64,000 nucleotides of DNA from Octopus bimaculoides. Its lineage: Eukaryota. The notes under the pieces are model-generated. The model had not been told where the DNA came from. It did no database searches and saw only the letters and a list, made by a program, of their open reading frames with translations. Of the stretch, positions 51,044 through 61,719 are shown one piece after another. The DNA lies in contig NC_068985.1 in NCBI RefSeq assembly GCF_001194135.2, positions 17,863,824 to 17,927,823 on the forward strand. Reading direction: 5' to 3'. The position numbers and the translations under genes were made by a program. Every line of letters starts with the position of its first letter. The first letter of the stretch is position 1.

Positions 51044-51295
51044 GTGCTTACAAGACTTATTGCTTCCAGTTGTCCTTTTGTCTACTGGTTTTCAGCATAT
51101 GTTATTAGTATAAACACGCAAGGCGTCTCAGCAGATGAAGAAAGTGTCACCTTGAAAAAAAATAGATTTTGTGGAATTACGCAAGAAATTCTAACAAATA
51201 AATCCAATGATATTTCAAGACTTATAATCTTTTACTATCTTTCATATTGCTTCATTGGAACTATAGCTTTCTCAAATTTTTTACCCTGGACATAG
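51044..51295 (+). CDS. PIGV: PIGV last coding exon
   Basis: ttcttgttgcag|GTGCTTACAAGA (VLTRLIASSCPFVYW)...SNFLPWT-TAG. The C-terminal FLPWT is characteristic of PIG-V. Total 23+389+83 = 495 aa. Confidence 0.95.
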   Translation: MLTRLIASSCPFVYWFSAYVISINTQGVSADEESVTLKKNRFCGITQEILTNKSNDISRLIIFYYLSYCFIGTIAFSNFLPWT

Positions 51296-51854
51296 GATTT
51301 TCAGCTGTGCTCATTGAAATACTAAATATTATAATGATATAAATTAAATATTTACATGTCTATATGTACTCTGAACCAATGAAATGTAAAAAAAGAAAAA
51401 TGTTAAAAAATTCCATAAAAATTGGTCTTTCATTTTCAGTTGTTATTAACATTGGTGTCAAATTTTGGCACAAGGCCAGCAATTTCGTTGGAGGGGCTAA
51501 GTTGGCTACTGGTACTTATTTTATTAACCCTGAAAGGACAAAAGGCAAAGTCAACCACTGCAGAATTTGAACTCAGAAGATAAAGACAGATGAAATGCCG
51601 GCAAACCTGATGTGATAACAATTCTGCCAGCTCACTGCCTTTAAATTATTGTTAATAATGTAATTAAAAAAAGTATACAAATGTGATGGTGTGCATTTGA
51701 TCAAATTTTGGACTGGTTTAGAAAACACAAATACTGACTTGTTATAAAGTCAAGACATTTTATCTATTTCAAATAAAATTTCATTAATTTTTCAAATTAC
51801 ATTTTGTTAATTTTATACTCCCAGCTTGAAGTATCTCTTTTCTCTTTTCTCTCT

Positions 51855-52220
51855 TTTAATTGTTTCAGTCATTTGACTGTGGCCATGCTGGAGCACCGCC
51901 TTTAGTCGAGCAAATCGACCCCAGGACTTATTCTTTGTAAGCCTAGTACTTATTCTATCAGTCTCTTTTGCCGAACCGCTAAGTTACGAGAATGTAAATA
52001 CACCAGCATCGGTTGTCAAGCGATGGTGGGGGGACAGACACACAAACATATACACACACATACATATATACATATATACGACGGGCTTCTTTCAGTTTCC
52101 ATCTACCAAATCCACTCACAAGGCTTTGGTCGGCCCAAGGCTATAGTAGAAGACACTTGCCCAAGGTGCCACGCAGTGGGACTGAACCCAGAACCATATG
52201 GTTCGTAAGCAAGCTACTTA
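51855..52220 (-). mobile_element. SINE family B, near full length
   Basis: Same tail, microsatellite and head order as 5170-5552. Confidence 0.85.
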
Positions 52221-52754
52221 NNNNNNNNNNNNNNNNNNNNNNNNNNNNNNNNNNNNNNNNNNNNNNNNNNNNNNNNNNNNNNNNNNNNNNNNNNNNNNNN
52301 NNNNNNNNNNNNNNNNNNNNNNNNNNNNNNNNNNNNNNNNNNNNNNNNNNNNNNNNNNNNNNNNNNNNNNNNNNNNNNNNNNNNNNNNNNNNNNNNNNNN
52401 NNNNNNNNNNNNNNNNNNNNNNNNNNNNNNNNNNNNNNNNNNNNNNNNNNNNNNNNNNNNNNNNNNNNNNNNNNNNNNNNNNNNNNNNNNNNNNNNNNNN
52501 NNNNNNNNNNNNNNNNNNNNNNNNNNNNNNNNNNNNNNNNNNNNNNNNNNNNNNNNNNNNNNNNNNNNNNNNNNNNNNNNNNNNNNNNNNNNNNNNNNNN
52601 NNNNNNNNNNNNNNNNNNNNNNNNNNNNNNNNNNNNNNNNNNNNNNNNNNNNNNNNNNNNNNNNNNNNNNNNNNNNNNNNNNNNNNNNNNNNNNNNNNNN
52701 NNNNNNNNNNNNNNNNNNNNNNNNNNNNNNNNNNNNNNNNNNNNNNNNNNNNNN

Positions 52755-53061
52755 AATTAACGTGCAAGTGGCTGAGCACTCCACAGACACGTGTACCCTT
52801 AACGTAGTTCTCGGGGATATTCAGCGTGACACAGTGTGACAAGGTTGGCCCTTTGAATTACAGGCACAAGAGAAACAGAAAGTAAGAGTGAGAGAAAGTT
52901 GTGGTGGAAGAGTACAGCAGGGTTTGCCACCATCCCCTGCCGGAGCCTCGTGGAGCTTTAGGTGTTTTCGCTCAATAAACACTCACAACGCCCGGTCTGG
53001 GAATCGAAACTGCGATCCTATGACCGCGAGTCCGCTGCCCTAACCACTGGGCCACTGCGCC
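52755..53061 (-). mobile_element. SINE family A, tail hidden in N gap
   Basis: Family A body and tRNA-like head, directly followed by the 33-bp minisatellite. Confidence 0.88.
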
Positions 53062-53087
53062 GCATATGATGTAGATAGAGTGAAACA

Positions 53088-54525
53088 TTATGACGGATAA
53101 AATCCAGACCTCATGTTAACATATGATGGATAAAATCCAGACCTCATGTTAACATATGACGAATAAAATCTTGACCTCGTGTTAACATATGACGGATAAA
53201 ATCTTGACCNNNNNNNNNNNNNNNNNNNNNNNNNNNNNNNNNNNNNNNNNNNNNNNNNNNNNNNNNNNNNNNNNNNNNNNNNNNNNNNNNNNNNNNNNNN
53301 NNNNNNNNNNNNNNNNNNNNNNNNNNNNNNNNNNNNNNNNNNNNNNNNNNNNNNNNNNNNNNNNNNNNNNNNNNNNNNNNNNNNNNNNNNNNNNNNNNNN
53401 NNNNNNNNNNNNNNNNNNNNNNNNNNNNNNNNNNNNNNNNNNNNNNNNNNNNNNNNNNNNNNNNNNNNNNNNNNNNNNNNNNNNNNNNNNNNNNNNNNNN
53501 NNNNNNNNNNNNNNNNNNNNNNNNNNNNNNNNNNNNNNNNNNNNNNNNNNNNNNNNNNNNNNNNNNNNNNNNNNNNNNNNNNNNNNNNNNNNNNNNNNNN
53601 NNNNNNNNNNNNNNNNNNNNNNNNNNNNNNNNNNNNNNNNNNNNNNNNNNNNNNNNNNNNNNNNNNNNNNNNNNNNNNNNNNNNNNNNNNNNNNNNNNNN
53701 NNNNNNNNNNNNNNNNNNNNNNNNNNNNNNNNNNNNNNNNNNNNNNNNNNNNNNNNNNNNNNNNNNNNNNNNNNNNNNNNNNNNNNNNNNNNNNNNNNNN
53801 NNNNNNNNNNNNNNNNNNNNNNNNNNNNNNNNNNNNNNNNNNNNNNNNNNNNNNNNNNNNNNNNNNNNNNNNNNNNNNNNNNNNNNNNNNNNNNNNNNNN
53901 NNNNNNNNNNNNNNNNNNNNNNNNNNNNNNNNNNNNNNNNNNNNNNNNNNNNNNNNNNNNNNNNNNNNNNNNNNNNNNNNNNNNNNNNNNNNNNNNNNNN
54001 NNNNNNNNNNNNNNNNNNNNNNNNNNNNNNNNNNNNNNNNNNNNNNNNNNNNNNNNNNNNNNNNGACCTCGTGTTAACATATGACGGATAAAATCTTGAC
54101 CTCGTGTTAACATATGACGGATAAAATCTTGACCTCGTGTTAACATATGACGGATAAAATCCAGACCTCATGTTAACATATGACGGATAAAATCTTGACC
54201 TCGTGTTAACATATGACGGATAAACTCATGACCTCGTGTTAACATATGACGGATAAAATCTTGACCTCGTGTTAACATATGACGGATAAAATCTTGACCT
54301 CGTGTTAACATATGACGGATAAAATCTTGACCTCGTGTTAACATATTNNNNNNNNNNNNNNNNNNNNNNNNNNNNNNNNNNNNNNNNNNNNNNNNNNNNN
54401 NNNNNNNTGACCTCGTGTTAACATATGACGGATAAAATCTTGACCTCGTGTTAACATATGACGGATAAAATCTTGACCTCGTGTTAACATATGACGGATA
54501 AAATCTTGACCTCGTGTTAACATAT
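53088..54525. repeat. 33-bp tandem minisatellite (GACCTCGTGTTAACATATGACGGATAAAATCTT)n, mostly in N gaps
   Basis: About 16 head-to-tail units visible in three blocks, with a minor variant (atccagacctca). No spacers. Confidence 0.95.
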
Positions 54526-56565
54526 TTATGGTGCAATTTTCAGCAGATATATATCATACTTAAAATGATCAGGATCCTACATTTGAAGAGGATGCTCTTT
54601 ATTCGTCACCAACTGGAGAGTATTATCTCATTCTAATACGCTTCTTTTGTGTTTCGTATTATCATTACTGATTCGGTTTCATTCTGTTGATGGATACTCA
54701 ACTAAGGAGAGAAATGCTGAATTGTACTTTGAAATTTATTTTTAGCATTTTATTTCAACGCCAATACGAATACGTTTTCTAAAAACGTTTGGGATAGAGG
54801 ATGATACGTATGTAGTCCCCACGATGTTTGCTACGTATTTACCTTGCAGTTTCCTTTCTTGTAAGATTGATTTTCCGTTTTTGGAGATTGTAACGACGTA
54901 ACATTTTGAAATATAAATTCCATACTTAAAATATTTTCCTGTAGAACCAGAGAATAACGATCATTATGTAAAACGGATAAGTCACAAGCAAACCTATTAT
55001 TTTGAATTTATCAGAAAATTGTTTGCATTTTGATGCAGACAGAGGGGATTTTTGCGTGTTGAAGTAAAGCATTCCCTTCCGCCAGCCTTAAATGGATTTG
55101 TAAACGTTCAATGGTATGCTGAAATACTTGAATCCTTTTAAACCTGATTTTTCTAGCCGTTCCTTAACACCAGTCAAAGAGCTCTTTCAAATTTGAACAG
55201 GCTCTTTCAGATTTGAACTACATTGAAGGGAATGAATTACTGTTAAGAAATGATACTAAAATTTCTGTTGGGCAACGTACCAAGTTAATTTTATTAACGT
55301 ATTTTTAGAGGGAGAAAAGAAAAGAAAAAAAACATCAAAAGTATAAAAGATCAAATTATCGAGTAAAAAACAAAAGAAAACATTGTTACTTCACCAAGGA
55401 AATACAGATAAAGAAAAAAACGGTTGGCGGGAAATTAAGCGGCAGAAAGTGTGGGGAGGAGGTAACGGGTTGCACAGCCCGGAACAAATGGTGTGTTTAG
55501 CCGCGCCAAGCGAACATTATTGCAAAAGCATTGCCACGGAGAACAGCCACCTTATCTTGCGGGGCTCATTTCTCAGATGGATAGCAGATATCCGAATTTT
55601 GCGGAGGAAATCTGCAGTACGGGATCCGAGAACACCTGAAGCCTTGACGGCAACCGGCAAAACACTTAAACGTGACTCTCACCTACTTTTTCAATGAACA
55701 ATAATAATATATTGTAGAAGTATTGGTACCAACTGGTACTCTGTTCTCGATATCACCAAATGTATGTATTTGTTTATGTGGCATTAATTACATATATATG
55801 CAATTAAACATACATATGTATATATGTATGTACATAGGTTTACATATATTGTATCATGCCTTGATACCGTCTGGACTGGCATTCCTATTGACTGGCCGCT
55901 GATATTAAATATAGTAGCAAACACTTAAAGTATGCAAATTAGTTGCTCCAGTTCGCTGAAGCTACTAGATTTATTGTGTATGTAAACGGAATGGCTTCTT
56001 ATTTCTCTCAGATTGATAAAATTGATGTAGACAGTTCCGATGAGAACCCAATTGGGATAGAAAATCGATTAATGCTGCCGTTTCTCCGTCATTGCGCTTC
56101 ATCAACTAAGTATACGGAGTCACCGTTGATGTTCACTAAGAACTGGTTGCTCTAATATTAGAAAATCAAATGATATACTTACTGATATGTGAAAAGCTTT
56201 AACAAGCTGGAATAAATTCATTAGATACGCGAATGAAATATAGTTCTGTTCAATCATTTTAAACATGTTCATGTACATTCGGGCAAGGAAAGACATATCT
56301 TACAGAAATTGTCGGGAGAAGAAAGTCCTCTTATAGACAATATGGGTGTAAGCACTCCACTAAGTCATGAAAAGCGTCACCTACGGTGGGACGCATGCAT
56401 TTCTGTGTGAATACATTTCATCAGCGACGTATACCAAACCGTCGTTCATGGACACTAAGGGCTATTCTTTCCATGTCCTAGTGCACACGAATATGTTAAA
56501 TATAATTGTAAATAAGTATATTTTATTCAACGCTGCTTAGTGCCCCTCATATATATATATATATA

Positions 56566-56681
56566 CACTAGCGTAGCTAGAGTGTGTGCTGCCCCCGGAC
56601 CCCACAAAAATTACATATTGCCTACACCAGACCCAAAAGTGACGCCCCTTTAAAAGTTCCACCCAGGTCGGACCGCTAGTG
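56566..56681. mobile_element. Short non-autonomous TIR element inside a TA microsatellite
   Basis: (ta)cactagcg...cgctagtg(ta) inverted ends, with a GC-rich interior. Confidence 0.5.
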
Positions 56682-56682
56682 T

Positions 56683-56722
<40 letters not shown>

Positions 56723-57078
56723 CACACGTGTGTGTGTATGCCTGTGTGTGCTATATATGTTTGTATATGTGTCTGTATGTACGTTTACATGTATGTGCAT
56801 GTTTGTATGCGTGTAGTAGTAGTAGTAGTAGTAGTAGATATCCTAACGGGTCTGACCTACAAAGGGAATATGTTAACTTTGGTGATTATTGTGACACGCA
56901 TCAAAATATACAATCATTGCTCTACACATCATGTATAAACGTGTAATTTTGTCATCTTCGAATATGGTCGGTGCTGCACTTGCTTAATCAACATCTTAAG
57001 GCTTTTTACGGAGAATAGGTGTTTCTCATACGGTTAAAGGAGAGTGAAAATAATCGTGAGTGATAGACAAAGTTACAT

Positions 57079-57407
57079 CAACTGGTATTCCGTCGGTTGC
57101 GACGATGAGTGTTCCAGTTGATCCGATCAACGGAACAGGCTGCTCGTAAAATTAATGAGCAAGTGGCTAAGCACCCATAAATACGCGTGCCCTCTAAGTA
57201 GTTCCCGGAGAGATTCAGTGTGACACATAATGTGATAAGGCCGGTCCTTTGAATTACGGGTACAACTCATTTTTGCCAGTTGAGTGGACTGGAGCAACGT
57301 GAAATAAAGGTTGTCTTGCTCAAGGTGACAACGCGCCACCAGGAATTGAACTTTCAACCTTACGATCGCAAGCCGAATTCCCTAACCATTAAGCTATGCG
57401 CTTTCAC
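57079..57407 (-). mobile_element. SINE sharing the family A 3' part but with a CORE-like central domain (OR2-like)
   Basis: Shares gttccagttgatccgatcaacggaacag with family A. The centre on the minus strand reads ccttgagcaagacaacctttatttcacgttgctccagtccactcaactggcaaaaatgag, resembling the CORE-SINE domain. A more decayed copy lies at ~43065-43320. Confidence 0.7.
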
Positions 57408-58991
57408 CAGAAAATATGGACCGCTTCACGAAGTTGCGTGACAGATATGCATAATTAAAGCATCGTGAATAGTCTCCTTGATTTCACAAAGTTGATGCTT
57501 TTAGAAAATAATTTTATTTCTGAAAACAGCTAAACATAATTGATGTCTTTGCCGGAAAAAAAAAGAAAAGGAAACTAGTTTACTGATGTTTCGTAAAGTT
57601 TTGATTGAATAATATTTGACTTAATTTTCTTAACAAATCTAAATGCAAATTGAAGAGTTACTTTGATTATTACTATTATTTTATTTTATTTTATTTTTTT
57701 GAGCTAATAAGAAAACTTACTATAGTGGTGTTAATTCTCTAAATGAGGTATTAACAGTAACTGCACGATAAAGTGAAGTATATTGCCACTTAAATGTGGC
57801 TGACCCCTAGGGGTGGATGTTACTGTTGCTTTTAGCCCCAGGAGGACATCTCCTCCAGCTGGCTTATCGACACACTTTTGTGTCCTGTTTGTTTTGCCAA
57901 GGGAAGTTATCCCTCTCACGATGCTAATACAAATTTCTTTCCTATGAGAATGGATGATGCCGATTCTTTGTGCATAGAATGTTAATAAATCTATTTATCT
58001 TATTGATAACTTTATTTGTCTTTTACTTGTAACAATTGAAAAATAAGATATTTTCTGGTAATAATTAAACACAATTGATATTTCATCGGAAGTAAAGCGA
58101 TTGTTTATGTTTTGTAAGATTTGTGACTGAATCATAACTTTAATTATTAAAAAAAAATATTCATTGAAACGGTACAGTCACTATGACGAATAGTAGATGA
58201 TCCAAAATTATGTACCTTTAGAAGTTGTTCTCAATGCCGCCTTAAAACATGGGCACACTGGGCATTTGGCTAGGGGTCTCACGGAGCTAGGGGCCTAATT
58301 TTGATCCATGTATGCTAAATTCTAGGGTCTAGGGCATTGATCTTCTCGGGTAGTGGGTTATAAAGCTGCTATGACGAATCCACCAGAAGTCATTTAGCTG
58401 ACTGCAGAGCAACTGAGAAAAGGAGAAAAGTTTGTGGTTCACGATGCTAATATGAATTCCTTTCACATGAAAAGGAATGATATCGAATGTCTGGTTCTTT
58501 GTTCATAGCAACATTAATAAACTTATTTTTGTTTATGGAATAATTTATTGTAATTAATTATCTTCCTGGTAAACAATTAGTAATTAATTATCTACCATAA
58601 TATTCTTAATTGCCTTTGTGTGTAATATTTTTATCATTGTTTCTAACATATAGATAGGTTGACTTCTAGCTCAACTCTAACTGCTAAAGGAAAGCTAGTT
58701 GAGCTAAATGTATTTTTTGAGTTCTTAATTATAACATCATCCGAGAACGGGGTTACCTACCAAACAGCACGGTTTTAATCAAGGAACATCTATTCGTAAC
58801 TCCTTTCAACCTTTTTTGGGCCATACTCAGAAATATATGACACACACATATTTAGCCCTGTTTCACAGTCAGTGACTTAACTTTGTAACTTGGTTAGACA
58901 TATAATTTGGATTCACATCCAGAATTTACTCAATGGTAAAGATCTTCATTAGAATTTAGAATATATAACTAGAATTGTTCTCTGTTGATGC

Positions 58992-59412
58992 TGTAGTGAC
59001 ACCTATAGCAGACGACTGTTATATGTTCAATGTCCGGAGTTTTATCCACGCATGCGCAGGGACTAGTTCCGGAAGGAATACAGGAAGAGTCTCATGCGCA
59101 TGCGTAGAGTTCGACACCCAGCTTTGGCGCCTTTTCTCACTCTCTTCGTTCGCTGATCTCCGTTGAGCCTAGACGTCCCATCGAGCTCTCTCCAACATTC
59201 CAGCACTAGAGCTACACAAACAACCACGAACTTCATTGACGGCGTCTCAGTAACCAAAGGCGACGAGCTACCGAATTCCCTCCAAGCTTGAGCCGAATTC
59301 CACTGTAAATAAATATTGTTGTGTTGTTCAGAATCTGCGTTCCGTTGTTTCTTCAAGAAATTTAATGTACGGAAGCGGAGTACACCTAATGGTGTATAAC
59401 CACTTTCCTACA
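58992..59412 (+). mobile_element. Solo LTR (probably Gypsy-type)
   Basis: TGTAG...CTACA inverted termini. 4-bp TSD atgc at 58988-58991 and 59413-59416. 421 bp, AATAAA at 59308-59313, CpG-rich relative to flanks. Confidence 0.72.
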
Positions 59413-60298
59413 ATGCTATACGCCAAAGGAAACTGTTACTTGATATTAGTTTCTCCGTGTATCATTATCTGTTCCTTTATTCTATCTAGACAATTTTACA
59501 TACCTCCTCTTGGCAGTACATCTTGATATTGCTCTCACTTCTTATTCTGATCTTGTCTTTGTATACATAACTATTTAGTTTGCTTATAACTTTTGTCTAT
59601 TTACTTGTTTCAGTCATTGAACCGAGGACAAGTTGGGGCGCCGCCCTGAAGGGTTTAAAGTGTCGTACTTATTATGTCGGTCTATTTTGCTGGGCCATTA
59701 AGTTATGGGGCATAAACACTGGTTGTCAAGCAGTGTGTGTGTGTGTGTGTGGGGGAACAAACACAAGTACAAAGACACACGAATATACACATACATAAAA
59801 GCATACATATATGTGCACATATATACCTATATACATACATACATACATACATACATACATACTTGAATACATACATATTTACATACACGCATATACATGT
59901 GTGTGTATGTATATGTATATATNNNNNNNNNNNNNNNNNNNNNNNNNNNNNNNNNNNNNNNNNNNNNNNNNNNNNNNNNNNNNNNNNNNNNNNNNNNNNN
60001 NNNNNNNNNNNNNNNNNNNNNNNNNNNNNNNNNNNNNNNNNNNNNNNNNNNNNNNNNNNNNNNNNNNNNNNNNNNNNNNNNNNNNNNNNNNNNNNNNNNN
60101 NNNNNNNNNNNNNNNNNNNNNNNNNNNNNNNNNNNNNNNNNNNNNNNNNNNNNNNNNNNNNNNNNNNNNNNNNNNNNNNNNNNNNNNNNNNNNNNNNNNN
60201 NNNNNNNNNNNNNNNNNNNNNNNNNNNNNNNNNNNNNNNNNNNNNNNNNNNNNNNNNNNNNNNNNNNNNNNNNNNNNNNNNNNNNNNNNNNNNNNNNN

Positions 60299-60399
60299 AG
60301 CCTCGGGCCGACCAAAGCCTTGTGAGTGGATTTGGTAGACGGAAACTGAAAGAAGCGCGTCGTATATATGTATACACACACACACACACACACACATAC

Positions 60400-60430
<31 letters not shown>

Positions 60431-60630
60431 AGTTTATGTGTCTGTGTTTGTCCCCCCAACATCGCTTGACAACCGATGCTGGTGTTTACGTCCCCGTAAC
60501 TGAGCGGTTCGGCAAAAGAACCGATAGAATAAGTACTAGGCTTCCAAAGAATAAGTCCTGGAGTCGATTTGCTCAACTAAAGGCGGTGCTCCAGCATGGC
60601 CACAATCAAAATGACTTAAACAAGTAAAAG
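60299..60630 (+). mobile_element. SINE family B, 5' part in N gap
   Basis: cctcgggccgaccaaagccttgtgagtggatttggtagacggaaactgaaagaag, microsatellite, then tail ending caagtaaaagagtaaaag. Confidence 0.85.
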
Positions 60631-60689
60631 AGTAAAAGTCGGCCCTGGCGGAATTTGAACTAAACATTTTGTCAGGCGTGCTAACGATG

Positions 60690-60899
60690 CTTTTCTACTC
60701 TAGGCAAAAGGCCCGAAATTTTTGGGAGGAACCAGTCGATTCGATCGACCCCAGTACGCAACTGGTACTTAATTTATCGACCCCGAAATGATGAAAGGCA
60801 AAGTCGACCTCGGCGGAATTAGAACTCAGGCCGTAAAGGCAGACGAAACACCGCTAAGCATTTCGCCCGGCATGCTAACGCTTCTGCCAGCTCGCCGCC
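60690..60899 (-). mobile_element. SINE family C (Nin-domain-like), well-preserved copy
   Basis: Minus strand ggcggcgagctggcagaa...gtcgactttgcctttcatcatttcggggtcgataaattaagtaccag. Further copies at ~9434-9556, 11700-11900, 14530-14730, 16885-17110, 19847-20062, 25575-25745, 41452-41893 (two), 43855-44035, 44870-45255, 45500-45708 and 51450-51640. Confidence 0.8.
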
Positions 60900-61385
60900 C
60901 TCATATGAACACACATATCACTAGAAAGAAAGGAACGAGAAAAATTCGAAAGAGGATATGATGAAAACATAATGTATGCTAAGAACAACAGAAAGTAAAG
61001 CACGAACTGCAGGAACAAGATAAGAAACTTTTTAAAGATAACCTCTTGAAAATGACCTTAAGGATACATTTTCAATTTTGCTATTTAGCGATAATTACAT
61101 ACACTATTTCTTTAATTGTTTTCATCGTACCAACCTTTATATACTGTATTTAAGTAAAGTGTGGATACTTGTACATGTGTTAAATCTAAATATTTCTGAA
61201 TGTTCTAAATAGAATAACGGAATAGAATAAAAAGAAAAATATTAATGCTTCTACTGACTTATTGTTCTTTTGTGTGATATAATATATATATATATATATA
61301 TACATATATAAATACATATATATATATATACATATATATATACATANNNNNNNNNNNNNNNNNNNNNNNNNTGTTCTTTTGTGTG

Positions 61386-61431
<46 letters not shown>

Positions 61432-61519
61432 TAAATACATATATATATATATACATATATATATACATATATACATACATACATACGCATGTATGTATGT
61501 ATGTATGTATGTGTGTGTG

Positions 61520-61685
61520 TATGTATGCATATTCTCTCTGTTTATTTCTTCGTGTTCCCATCTGTTGAAGAGCGTAGGCTCGAAACGTAAAAGACTTTCT
61601 CACCTTCACGAGCGTCAACTAATACACCTGCTTGTTGTTTATACACCTGTCTTCGTCTTTTGTTTTTCTGTAAATTTCAACTGTA
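61520..61685 (+). mobile_element. Possible Penelope-like element terminal fragment
   Basis: ttgaagagcgtaggctcgaaacgtaaaagac resembles the NUGANGA...CGAAACGU motif of Penelope-like termini. No ORF. Confidence 0.35.
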
Positions 61686-61686
61686 T

Positions 61687-61719
<33 letters not shown>

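Noticed and set aside
53088-54525. 33-bp repeats as a CRISPR array or repeat protein gene
   Set aside because: Units are directly head-to-tail with no unique spacers, there are no cas genes, and the context is eukaryotic. The open frames are a by-product of a unit length divisible by 3.
61260-61470. Direct duplication of tgttcttttgtgtgatataat plus TA tract
   Set aside because: The two copies sit on either side of a short N gap, so this is most likely overlapping contig ends (assembly artefact).
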